Below, piece by piece: positions 19,655-28,995 of a DNA stretch of 64,000 nt (the first letter of the stretch is position 1; the number at the start of each line of letters is the position of its first letter). Both the position numbers and the translations under genes were made by a program. Source of the DNA: an uncultured Myxococcales bacterium (GTDB taxonomy: Bacteria; Myxococcota_A; UBA9042); the NCBI GenBank assembly GCA_903840165.1, contig CAIMEY010000121.1:68738-132737 (forward strand), read 5' to 3'. Below the pieces are notes generated by a model. The model was given only the letters and a program-made list of their open reading frames with translations, was not told where the DNA came from and made no database searches.

Positions 19655-20635
19655 GTGCAAGACCCGTCGCCAACTACTTCCGCTCCTGGCCAACAGCCCC
19701 CACGCCGGCCTCGCGCGGCGATCAACGTCGACATCGATGGCCTCTACCTTTACGACCGCATCCACGGTCACGCCGGAGCGTCGGGAAATACAGCGGATTT
19801 TTCCGCTGCCAGCCATGATGCGACCGTGTGGACCAAGGGCGTGACGCGATTTCTCGACCTCTTCGCGCGGACCGGCATTCAAGCGACCTTCTTTGTGGTG
19901 GCGCAGGATCTGGAAAACCCGGAAGTTCAAGCGGTTTTGCGCGACTTGGTCGCAGCTGGCCATGAGATTGGCAGCCATAGCCTGACCCATCCCTATGACC
20001 TATCGCGGCGACCGGCGGCGGAGATTGTCAACGAATTAACCAGTGCTCGGGCGAAGTTGCAAGATGCCACGGGGCAAGCAGTAACTGGGTTTCGTGCGCC
20101 GGGCTACGTCCTATCGACGCCTCTGCGCCTGGCCATCGCCGATGCAGGCCACGCCTGGGACAGTTCGCGCTTTCCGTGTCCGGCCTATCAAGCTGCGAAA
20201 TTGAGTGCAATTACGCTGTATCACCTGCTCGGACGGCCCAGCGGCAGCGTCGCCGAAACGCCCGACATTTGGCTGGGACCGCGCACGCCCTACGTGGACC
20301 GGTTGCCCGATGGCCGGGCCCTGCTTGAGATGCCCATTGGTGTAATACCGCGGATTCGTTGGCCTCTTATCGGCACGTCGCTGATCATGGCGGGCCTGCC
20401 CGGGTGGTTGGCGCTGCGGCCCCTCACCCGCACTATGGATTGGTTCAACTTCGAGTTGCACGGCATTGACCTGACCGACCACGAGGCCGACGGCATCCCA
20501 GACCGCCTGAAAACACAGCCAGATCAATGGATTGCGCTGCGACGCAAGTGGCCGCTTCTGGTGCGCGTCTGCGAAGATCTACGTCAAAGTCATGACATCC
20601 GCACCCTTGGACAGTGGGCGGAAAGCGAAATCTAG
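19655..20635 (+). CDS. Polysaccharide deacetylase (NodB-homology) family protein
   Basis: The region ATFFVVAQDLENPE..GHEIGSHSLTHP matches the NodB-type deacetylase family. A GTG start has GGGAG 5 nt upstream. Confidence 0.7.
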   Translation: MQDPSPTTSAPGQQPPRRPRAAINVDIDGLYLYDRIHGHAGASGNTADFSAASHDATVWTKGVTRFLDLFARTGIQATFFVVAQDLENPEVQAVLRDLVAAGHEIGSHSLTHPYDLSRRPAAEIVNELTSARAKLQDATGQAVTGFRAPGYVLSTPLRLAIADAGHAWDSSRFPCPAYQAAKLSAITLYHLLGRPSGSVAETPDIWLGPRTPYVDRLPDGRALLEMPIGVIPRIRWPLIGTSLIMAGLPGWLALRPLTRTMDWFNFELHGIDLTDHEADGIPDRLKTQPDQWIALRRKWPLLVRVCEDLRQSHDIRTLGQWAESEI

Positions 20636-20799
20636 GGGCGCATTTGCGGGCGCCCAGGCGATTAGGCCAGGGCGATGCACCCGAGAGCCCGAGAAGCATT
20701 CGATATTTGCCGAACCTGACGCTCCACCTTGGCCGCGTCCATCAGACTCAGCAACCACAACGCGCGTGATGCCCTGCGGGGACAACGCCGGGAGAACCC

Positions 20800-21264
20800 A
20801 TGGCAACTGCACTGGAAAATGAACTGACCGAACAGCTTAAGGTCAGCATGAGGGGCGGGGACAAGATCGCCACGGCCGCCATTCGCATGGTCCGCACCAA
20901 GATCATGGAAAGGAGAACGGCGAAGAATGCTCCTGAAATTACGGATGAATTGGTGGTAGACACCATCCGCAACTATGTCAAGGTGTTGCAAGGCTCCATC
21001 GAAGAGCTCAAGGCCGGTGGTGCCAGCGACGATGAAGACAACCTTGCGCAAATGCGCGTAGAAATCAAGTACTTAGACCGATTCCTGCCGCGGATGATGG
21101 ACGAGGCCGAAACGGCGGCCTTAGTCGACAAGATCCTGGCGGAAAACGACATCACGGATCCGAAGAAGGCGGGCCAAGCGACGGGCCTAGTCATGAAGGA
21201 TTACAAGGGCAAAGCCGATCCCGGCCTGGTTTCACGCTTGGTCAGGGCCAAGCTGGGCGCCTAA
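20800..21264 (+). CDS. GatB/YqeY domain protein
   Basis: The peptide LTEQLKVSMRGGDKIATAAIRMVRTKI...PKKAGQATGLVMKDYKGKADPGLVSRLVRAKL matches the YqeY family closely. Confidence 0.8.
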   Translation: MATALENELTEQLKVSMRGGDKIATAAIRMVRTKIMERRTAKNAPEITDELVVDTIRNYVKVLQGSIEELKAGGASDDEDNLAQMRVEIKYLDRFLPRMMDEAETAALVDKILAENDITDPKKAGQATGLVMKDYKGKADPGLVSRLVRAKLGA

Positions 21265-21390
21265 TTTTCGCGGCCCAAGCACCAACGCACTGTGCCCAGA
21301 GGGCCCATTGGCGGCGCAGTGGGGCTCAAGAACGCGTTTTGACAGGCTGAACAGCCGTTCCCACAGGGTAGCCTGGCGCGCTTGCATCGC

Positions 21391-21454
21391 GTGGCTCGGG
21401 CTGGGCGGGTGCGTGGCTCGGGCTGGGCGGGTGCGTGGCTTTGGCTGGGCCGGG
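21391..21454. repeat. Tandem 22-bp repeat (GTGGCTCGGGCTGGGCGGGTGC x ~2.9)
   Basis: Read directly in the intergenic region between the yqeY-like gene and the 3' end of the beta-helix gene. Confidence 0.8.
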
Positions 21455-21488
21455 GTCTTATTGCGCAATGGCGGGCGTGCGTGAATTC

Positions 21489-22637
21489 CTACCAGCCGCT
21501 GCCGTCGGTTTTTTTCCCCTTGCTTTTCTGGTCTTTGCGCATCTTGCGGGTCGCCGCTATGTCGGCCCTGGGCGCTTCCAAGGCCCCCGCCGTGCAGGTG
21601 CGTGGGCGAGGCTGTCCAACCAAGTCGCGGTGAGCGTCGCGATCGTCGCAGCTGCCGCGGTCGATGGCGGGAGAGCCTTTTTGTGGTCGGTACTTTTCGA
21701 CGTCGACCAGGTTGAACTCGGGCAAGGCGCGAATGGTCTGCAAATCCGTTGGAATAAAGGCGATATTGCCGTAAACCACCGATCGCGAAATGCCCACACG
21801 CTCGGCTTCGAGGCGATTGACGCGGATGGCGTCGGGCGAGCCGAGCAAGATGCTGGACTCCACGCGGCCTTGGGTCAGTCCGACGCCGTGGGGCTCAAAA
21901 ACGATCGCGGCCCCGGTGTTGTAGGCGATGGTGCTCGCGGTCACCTGCAGGTGGGCGTTATCGGCAACGCGGACGGCGCCATCGACGTTGGCTTGCACCA
22001 GGTTTTCCACAATCAAAGTCGAGACTAAGCGCGCCTGCACGGTACCGGTGAGGTCCAGGGCAACGCCTCCTTGCGCAGTATTGCCGGTCACGCGCACGGC
22101 GATCAGGTCGAGTTGTCCGGCCGACGCGGCGATGGCCCCGCCGCCCTTGGCTGTGGCGCGATTGCCCATCAACCAGGCATTGTGCAAGGTTAAATGCGCA
22201 CGTTGGCTCAGCAAAATGGCCCCGCCGGTGGTCGCAGTGCCGTGGGTCAGCGTGACGTTGTCCAAGGTGAGGTCGACGCCGTCCTGCGGCATGGTCAGGA
22301 TACGGCCTTGGTTGCCAGCATCGAGGATGGCCCTCTCCTTATCGATGCCGCGGACCGTGGCCGACTGCGTCGCAACTAGGCGCGCGCCTGTGTAAATTCC
22401 GGCGTGCAGGCAGATGACCGGACGGTCCCTGCGGTCCATGGCGTGCTGCAGGGCGGCGGTGTTGCCATCGGCCTTGAGCGTCACGGTGCACGCCGCAAAC
22501 GCATGTGAAGGCTTTGTAATCCCGAGGCAAATGGCCAGGACAAAAAGAACTGCAAAGCCCTTGAAGGCGTTGGTGCGGCGCCCTGGGTGAAACCAGGGGT
22601 CCGGACGCAAATTTCTGAAATTACAAAACTCTAGCAT
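21489..22637 (-). CDS. Secreted right-handed parallel beta-helix repeat protein
   Basis: A signal peptide is present. Repeated GNxAxxGGAI / NxTLT turns are typical of pectin-lyase-fold beta-helix proteins. Confidence 0.55.
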   Translation of the reverse strand: MLEFCNFRNLRPDPWFHPGRRTNAFKGFAVLFVLAICLGITKPSHAFAACTVTLKADGNTAALQHAMDRRDRPVICLHAGIYTGARLVATQSATVRGIDKERAILDAGNQGRILTMPQDGVDLTLDNVTLTHGTATTGGAILLSQRAHLTLHNAWLMGNRATAKGGGAIAASAGQLDLIAVRVTGNTAQGGVALDLTGTVQARLVSTLIVENLVQANVDGAVRVADNAHLQVTASTIAYNTGAAIVFEPHGVGLTQGRVESSILLGSPDAIRVNRLEAERVGISRSVVYGNIAFIPTDLQTIRALPEFNLVDVEKYRPQKGSPAIDRGSCDDRDAHRDLVGQPRPRTCTAGALEAPRADIAATRKMRKDQKSKGKKTDGSGW

Positions 22638-23044
22638 CCGTCCCCTTGTTGGCTGCGACGCCCGACGCCACCCCGCAAATCGAAGGCAGCCGCGCGGGCA
22701 AAGCTACCATGGCCGCATGCGCGACCGCAAATGTCTCGGCCGGGCGATTGTGGATGCAAATCAAGGATCAAGCCAGCCGCAGCAGGGCACGCCCCGGCAA
22801 GGGCCCCAGCTGGTGGAAGCGCCGCCGCAACGCTGGCTTGGCCCTCAGTTGGCAGCTGCGCCCGAGTCTTGACCCGTGCGCCAAAGCGCTGAGCTTGCTA
22901 CAGTATCCCGGCGAACCGGTTGGCTCGCCGAAGGTCGCAGCCTTGGGCCTGCGGGATCGGGACTTCATGAACAATGACAAGGCCTTGCCCCACTCTTCCC
23001 AGCCGTTCTTGCCCGAGCCCCCGTGCCACACGCCGAGGTGATGG

Positions 23045-24400
23045 ATGCCCGTGAACAGCCGAATTCAGTCGCAGGGGGCAAAGCCCGAGGCGTCTCGCCG
23101 CGATCCGGGTGAGAAACCGCCGACTTGGCTCTTGCCCGATCTGACCATGCCCCAAAGCGACACGCGGACTGTCCGACGTGTGCTCAGCGGCTGGCTCAGT
23201 CAACTAGCCCAGTCCTTTCTGCGTCTTCCGCTGGCCGTGCTCCTGCCGAGCAACCGGGCCCTGTACCAAGCGACGGCGGCGCTGTACGGCGATTTGCTGC
23301 GGCGGCAGCCCAATGCGGTGGCGCTGTGGCGCTGGCCCACGCTCAACGCGCCCATGCACTGTTTGCGGAAGGAACTGGCTAAGACTGCGGATCAACAGAT
23401 AGATCGCACGGCCGTCAATGCCTGGCTGCGCGAGGTGTGCAGCTTGCTGCTGCTCGAGCTTGGGGGCCAAGGTCTGCTGCCGGAGCCGCTGCGTCTGGGC
23501 CCTGACGCGCAGGGTCAATGGCCGGTGCTGCGGTCGCCGGGCCTGGGGCTGCTGATTGCGGCCAATGACCGGACGCGAACCATTGAAATTTCTAATTATT
23601 TTTTTGCTTTGCGGGGCGATTCAGCGTCCCAATCGGTTGACTTGACCCCAACGGCGCCGCGCATGGACGGACCGCTAGCGCACTGCGCAAACCCGTATCA
23701 TGAAGTGGAGCCCGGCCTGTACCTCGCGGAAACAGACAACAATCCCCTATCCGACTTTGAGGCGCACCCGGACAAGCAAGGCAACCGCCTGGACTTGGGT
23801 GGACGACCGGTTGCCCAGTGGCTCGACAGCATCCGCGCTTCCTTGGCACTGATCGATCGCTATCTGCCCGTACTAGGTCAGGAATTTCGCCTAGTCATGC
23901 GTGTGCTGGTGCCCGTGGGTTGGCATGATACGCAGCACCTCTCGGCCAGTTATCAAGAGGCGATCGGTCAGTACTACCTGACTTTGCACCCGAACTGCAT
24001 GACGATGACCGAGGCCATCATCCATGAGTTTCAGCACAACAAGCTCAATGCCGCCTTTCACCTCGATCCCTTGCTGCGAAATGCTTGGAATCCCCTGTAT
24101 ACTTCACCAGTTCGCCCCGATCCGCGGCCTCTGCATGGGGTGATTCTCGCTGTGCACGCTTTTCAGCCCGTGGCGCTGCTCTACGCGCAGATGCTGGAGG
24201 CGGGAGATCCGCTGGCGAAAAATGCCTATTTTCTTGAGCGTTTTCGGGCGGTCCTCCAGGTCAACCGCAGTGGAGCCGAGGTGGTGATCAGCCACGCACA
24301 GCCCACTGCCGTGGGTGAGCTGTTCTTTGCCGAGATGTGTCAACTAAATGATATTATGGCTGATTATCAAGAAAAGACGGCAGAGCCGCAAGTGTTTTGA
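23045..24400 (+). CDS. HEXXH-motif domain protein (TIGR04267-like; candidate aKG/HExxH-type peptide-modifying enzyme or cryptic zincin)
   Basis: It is ~450 aa long. A conserved IIHEFQHNKLN motif sits in the C-terminal third. No signal peptide is present. The family assignment is from memory of that family's length and motif position. Confidence 0.55.
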   Translation: MPVNSRIQSQGAKPEASRRDPGEKPPTWLLPDLTMPQSDTRTVRRVLSGWLSQLAQSFLRLPLAVLLPSNRALYQATAALYGDLLRRQPNAVALWRWPTLNAPMHCLRKELAKTADQQIDRTAVNAWLREVCSLLLLELGGQGLLPEPLRLGPDAQGQWPVLRSPGLGLLIAANDRTRTIEISNYFFALRGDSASQSVDLTPTAPRMDGPLAHCANPYHEVEPGLYLAETDNNPLSDFEAHPDKQGNRLDLGGRPVAQWLDSIRASLALIDRYLPVLGQEFRLVMRVLVPVGWHDTQHLSASYQEAIGQYYLTLHPNCMTMTEAIIHEFQHNKLNAAFHLDPLLRNAWNPLYTSPVRPDPRPLHGVILAVHAFQPVALLYAQMLEAGDPLAKNAYFLERFRAVLQVNRSGAEVVISHAQPTAVGELFFAEMCQLNDIMADYQEKTAEPQVF

Positions 24401-24431
24401 CCGCGTCACAGTGGGGCGGTACGGTGTAGGC

Positions 24432-26888
24432 ATGAAGGATTTGAACCGACCACGCCCGGTCCCAAGATTGACCTCGCTGCACGAGCGAAGACCGCAGGGG
24501 CCATATTATCGTTTATTACTGAGCAGTTTGCTTGGTGGACTCCTAGTCGTGGTCACGGCCTGTGGGGCCAGCAAGCCACCCTACAATGGGCCCTTGGCGC
24601 TGGCCGATGCTGCGGGAGATATGGCCGGGCAAGCTAGCGAAACTACAGTAGATACCGTCGAGATTGGCGACGACACGGCGGAAGTTCCAAGCGCCGATGT
24701 GACCGCGACCGACAGCAGTGACGTTGGCCAAGAGGACGCACAACCCCTTGATGATCAAGTAGATAGCCAGGACGATGCGCTCGCTAGTGATACAGCGCTG
24801 CCTGTCGACACGGACGATGCGCTGGCAGACGACGCAACGGACAACGACGGCGGCGAATCTGTCAGCGGAGTCTGCAGCTTTGATAAAGATTGCGCAGGGT
24901 TTGCCAACATTGGCGCATGCCAGTTGCTGCGCTGTCTGGGCGGACAGTGCGTTGTGGCCAATCAGGTGGAGGGCACGCCGTGCAGCGCCGCGCAATGCCT
25001 TGATATCAATGGACAACCTGTGTTGTCAGCCCGAGTGTGCAGTGCGGGCGCATGCAGCGACAAGGTGCTCAAAACGTCGTGCTACGACAACTTGGGCTGC
25101 ACCGACGATTCCTGTTCGGTTAGCAAGGGTTGCATCCACACGCCCAACCATGCCGCGTGCGATGACGGCCAAGCGTGTACCAGCGATATCTGTGACGGAA
25201 CAGGCGGTTGCCAACACGGCGCGGCGACCGGCAACTGCAACGACGGTGATCCGTGCACCACCGGGGACAGCTGCCTCAACGGCACATGCCAAGGCACGCC
25301 AGGCAGTTGCCCGTGCACCAAGAACAGCGACTGCAAGACGACCAAGCCGTGCGTGCAATCTGTATGTGAATCAGGGAGTTGCCAGATTCAGTTTCTCACA
25401 TCCTCACTCTGCAGTGACGGCAATGCGTGCACGGGCAGCGACACCTGTACCAGCGATGGCAGTTGCGTGGGGCTGAGCATCGGCTGCGATGACGGCGTCG
25501 ATTGCACCCTGGACCTTTGCGATAACGTGCTTGGTTGCCAGCACTTAGCAGACTCGCTGCAATGTGCTGACGGCAATTCGTGCACCCAGGATAGCTGCAC
25601 CGCCAGTGACGGTTGCACTTTTTCCCCCGTCAGTTCGGGCAGTTGTGACGACGGCAACGCCTGCACCACCGAAGACGTCTGCATCGGTGGCCTTTGTTAC
25701 GGAAACAATAGCGTTTGCAACAAGCCCAGTGCCTGCCAGGCGGCGACCTGCGACCCGGGCACGGGCCTGTGCAAGACCGCCCTCGCCGTCGACGGCGCGC
25801 TGTGCGATGACGCAAACCCATGCAGCGCCAAAGACACCTGCAAATCCGGCAGTTGCGTGGGCCAGCAGAATCCCTGCGACGACCTCAACGCGTGCACGTT
25901 TGACGCGTGCGGCGCCGGCGGCAGTTGCAGCCACAGCCCCCAGGACGGCCCCTGCGACGCCGACGGCAACCAATGCACGCTCGACACCTGCAGCGCCAGC
26001 AAATGTCAGGCAGGGCCAGTGCCGACCTGCAATGACAAAAATCCTTGCACGGTCGATAGCTGCGACCCTGCGAGCGGCTGCGTCGCCAAGGCTTCACCCG
26101 TGGGCACCCCCTGCGGCAGCGGGCTGTGGTGCGGCCAGGGCGGCCAAAAGGGCACCTGCGTCACCGTGCCGGCGATCGCGGGCATGGTCTACGTGCCGGC
26201 GGGCGAGTTCAAGCAGGGGTGCAACAAGCCCGTCGATAACTACTGCAAAACAGACGAGAATCCAGCGCACGTTGTCGATCTAAGCTCCTACTTCATCGGC
26301 AAGACCGAAGTCACAGCGAGCCAATATGCGGCCTGCGTGCAGACAGGCGGTTGCTCGGTGCCAGGCGGCAAGGCCAGCAGCGACGGGACGTACGGGGTCG
26401 CGGGCAAGGAGCAACACCCAGTCAATTACGTAAGTTATAGCCAGGCTGGGGAGTTCTGCGCCTGGAGCGGCGGCCGCCTGTGCACCGAAGCCGAGTGGGA
26501 AATGGCGGCGCGTGGCAGCGATGGGCGCGAATTCCCTTGGGGAAATGGCACGCCTGACTGCGGCCTCGCGATCTTCGCCGGTTGCTCAACCAAGGGCACC
26601 CAACCGGCGGGCAAGGCGGCCAATGGCAGCAGTCCCTACGGTGCACTAGACATGGCGGGCAATGTCCGCGAATGGGTTGGGGATTGGTACGGGGCCGGTG
26701 CCTACGCCGCAGCCGCCTCTGTCAGCCCAGCCAGCAATCCCAAGGGGCCAGTGAGCGGCAGTCAGCGGGTTCTCCGCGGTGGCTATTTTGCCGACAGCGC
26801 TCCGGATTTGCGAACGTCTGGGCGGAGTTTTGCAACACCGAGTACGAGCGCTGCGTCCGTCGGCTTCCGGTGCTGCCGCAATCCGTAG
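24432..26888 (+). CDS. Lipoprotein with acidic linker, ~12 Cys-rich C(D/N)DGNxCTxDxC modules and C-terminal formylglycine-generating-enzyme (FGE-sulfatase/SUMF1) domain
   Basis: A signal peptide with lipobox is present (LLVVVTAC). Repeated disulfide modules are rich in Asp/Asn. The FGE-domain signature is present (YVSYSQAGEFCAWSGGRLCTEAEWEMAARG...RVLRGGYFAD...GFRCC). Confidence 0.75.
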   Translation: MKDLNRPRPVPRLTSLHERRPQGPYYRLLLSSLLGGLLVVVTACGASKPPYNGPLALADAAGDMAGQASETTVDTVEIGDDTAEVPSADVTATDSSDVGQEDAQPLDDQVDSQDDALASDTALPVDTDDALADDATDNDGGESVSGVCSFDKDCAGFANIGACQLLRCLGGQCVVANQVEGTPCSAAQCLDINGQPVLSARVCSAGACSDKVLKTSCYDNLGCTDDSCSVSKGCIHTPNHAACDDGQACTSDICDGTGGCQHGAATGNCNDGDPCTTGDSCLNGTCQGTPGSCPCTKNSDCKTTKPCVQSVCESGSCQIQFLTSSLCSDGNACTGSDTCTSDGSCVGLSIGCDDGVDCTLDLCDNVLGCQHLADSLQCADGNSCTQDSCTASDGCTFSPVSSGSCDDGNACTTEDVCIGGLCYGNNSVCNKPSACQAATCDPGTGLCKTALAVDGALCDDANPCSAKDTCKSGSCVGQQNPCDDLNACTFDACGAGGSCSHSPQDGPCDADGNQCTLDTCSASKCQAGPVPTCNDKNPCTVDSCDPASGCVAKASPVGTPCGSGLWCGQGGQKGTCVTVPAIAGMVYVPAGEFKQGCNKPVDNYCKTDENPAHVVDLSSYFIGKTEVTASQYAACVQTGGCSVPGGKASSDGTYGVAGKEQHPVNYVSYSQAGEFCAWSGGRLCTEAEWEMAARGSDGREFPWGNGTPDCGLAIFAGCSTKGTQPAGKAANGSSPYGALDMAGNVREWVGDWYGAGAYAAAASVSPASNPKGPVSGSQRVLRGGYFADSAPDLRTSGRSFATPSTSAASVGFRCCRNP

Positions 26889-26905
26889 TTGGGCCCAAGC
26901 GGCTG

Positions 26906-27694
26906 CTAGAAGGCACCCGAGCGTTCGACCTCAGTGCGCTCCCACTTCCCTAGGATTTGCAAGACTTTGGCCTCGAGCTTGTGCGGATCCATCTTGGCAT
27001 GGGCGCCATCTGCTGGCGCGGAGGCGTGCCCCTCGCCCGCGGGTGCACTGGGCAAGGAAGGCGACGCGGCCCCATCTTCCTCAGCATAAACACGAGCTTC
27101 TGCGGCGCGGGCACGGCGTTCGTGGGCTTCACTGCCGGCTGCATCCTCGTCGCCCCTCTTGCGCTCATTGAGCACAGGAGCCCCAAAACTGCTAGACATG
27201 GACCCGAAATTACTGGGCATTGCTGCGGGGCCAGCGGAGAAGCCTCCGTCTCCGGCTGGGGCCGCGTCCGGCGGTGCAATGTGCGCCACTTCGTGGGCAA
27301 TGACGGCGCGTCCAGAGCGCGAATTGGGATCAAACTCGCCTTGGCCAAAGAAGATATCCTGATCGCCGATGGCAAAGGCCCGCGCGCCCAAGGCCGAAGC
27401 CGCGTCCTGCGCTTTTGTACCGCGGTGGACACGAACGGTGTCTAGGGTTTCCTTGCGAAATCCTTGGCGAACCAGGCGATCGACCAGTTGACTGTCTAGG
27501 CGCGTAGGCACCTGATCGGCCAGCCAGCGCGCACCAATGCTGGCATAGCGATCGGCCACGCCCTGCCCCATGGCCGCCGATTGCGTCGACGCCAACTGCG
27601 CGGCCAGCTTACCGGCATCTCCGCCCTGTTCCAAAGCAATTGCAGCGCCTTGGGCGTGTAGCTGTTCGAGTTCGTCGTCGCGCGGTGTGGCCAT
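26906..27694 (-). CDS. DUF4157 domain protein (zincin-like HExxH)
   Basis: The DUF4157 signature is present (VRVHRGTKAQDAASALGARAFAIGDQDIFFGQGEFDPNSRSGRAVIAHEVAHI). The C-terminus is Ala/Gly-rich and low-complexity. Confidence 0.7.
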   Translation of the reverse strand: MATPRDDELEQLHAQGAAIALEQGGDAGKLAAQLASTQSAAMGQGVADRYASIGARWLADQVPTRLDSQLVDRLVRQGFRKETLDTVRVHRGTKAQDAASALGARAFAIGDQDIFFGQGEFDPNSRSGRAVIAHEVAHIAPPDAAPAGDGGFSAGPAAMPSNFGSMSSSFGAPVLNERKRGDEDAAGSEAHERRARAAEARVYAEEDGAASPSLPSAPAGEGHASAPADGAHAKMDPHKLEAKVLQILGKWERTEVERSGAF

Positions 27695-28023
27695 AGACAC
27701 CTCCCTGCGGACCACGGTACCACGGCGGGAGGAGGCGCGCCAAGGCACGACGCAGCTTGAACAACAGGCTGGGGCGGTCGCACCCCACGGTCGCTGGCGA
27801 CGGCCTGGGACCGCTGAGGAGCCAACGGTTGACAGCTAAGCCGCAGACGTCAAATGCTATCGCCTGCGCGGGCGTGGCGCACAAGAGGCAGGCAGGCGGG
27901 ACAGCACGAAAATCATGGAGTTGCCTTCAACTCCCAAAGTCGATGCAGGTGCCGGAACGCGCACATGTTGAAAGTATAGGCAACCTGAGGGATTGGGCCA
28001 CAGCCCTGACGAAGGACCGATTC

Positions 28024-28857
28024 ATGACTTGGAACCGCCCCAAGCCCACAGGCCGGCCAACAACGCAAGATTCCAACGTCTTTGCCACGGTGGCGGCGCG
28101 CGCCGTCTCGGACGTGGTGCAGGCCCAGCCGCTGGACCTCGGGCCGGAACCCAAATGGGCTGGCGCTGTGCGGGTTTTGGGGCTGCTGCTGCCCTCGTCT
28201 TGGGTCTGGCTGACCGTCTGCCTGTGGTGGGCCTGGCGCGTTTTGGCGATGTACGCGCGGGGTGAACAGGCAGCGCTGCAGGTGGCGGCTCCGGGATTGT
28301 GGCTGGGCTTGCTGCTAGATGCCATGTTTTTACAGACGTTGTTTGCCACAACACGGCTGCTGGCGGCGCTCAGTGGGAGCGATCGCAATCGGCGCCACAG
28401 CGTGGTGACCTGGACGACCTGGATGATGCTGGTGATCATGGCGTGTTCGGCCATGCTGCGAATTGGTGAACTGGTTCATTGTGCAGTGGAAAGAACGCCA
28501 CCGACCGCTGCGTTTTGGCGGCAGTTGATCGATCAGCCGAGCACGGTCGTGCTGCAGGGGGCCTTTTTCGCCTGCGCCGCGGCAGCCCTGGTCACGGCGG
28601 CCATCGGTCGATACTCGATGAGATGTGACCTGCAAACGGCGTCGGACCTGATGGAGCGCCTGTCGCCGCGCAAAGCGTTGGCCCTGATCGCACTTTCCGT
28701 TCTTCTATCAGCTGTTACGCTGACAGCCTTGGTCCACCAGTCCTGGAGCGCAACGGAAAGTGACCTGCGCAGGACCCCGGAATTGCACGCCATTCGCACA
28801 TTCCAGACAGCGCTAGACCGTCGTGCCCAGCAGCACGCACCGTCGCTTGAGCCCTAG
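28024..28857 (+). CDS. Hypothetical polytopic membrane protein
   Basis: Four to five hydrophobic helices are present and the ORF is long. No homology was recognised. The start is chosen at MTWNRPKP. Confidence 0.4.
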   Translation: MTWNRPKPTGRPTTQDSNVFATVAARAVSDVVQAQPLDLGPEPKWAGAVRVLGLLLPSSWVWLTVCLWWAWRVLAMYARGEQAALQVAAPGLWLGLLLDAMFLQTLFATTRLLAALSGSDRNRRHSVVTWTTWMMLVIMACSAMLRIGELVHCAVERTPPTAAFWRQLIDQPSTVVLQGAFFACAAAALVTAAIGRYSMRCDLQTASDLMERLSPRKALALIALSVLLSAVTLTALVHQSWSATESDLRRTPELHAIRTFQTALDRRAQQHAPSLEP

Positions 28858-28995
28858 ACCGGCCCGGGGCGTAGGCATCACGGACGCCAAGGCTGAATCA
28901 GCGCAGAAGGGCGTTGCGATAAGCGACGAATTTCCATGGAGATTCTGAGAAGCAGTACGATTCGCCGAGGAACTCAGCACGATTCGCCGAGTAAC

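Noticed and set aside
25545-26283. Ala/Arg-rich ORFs on both strands (for example 25564..26283 on plus, 25545..25973 on minus) inside the Cys-rich FGE lipoprotein gene
   Set aside because: They are shadow frames of a Cys-codon (TGC)-rich repetitive gene. The in-frame gene has a lipobox, coherent disulfide modules and an FGE domain.
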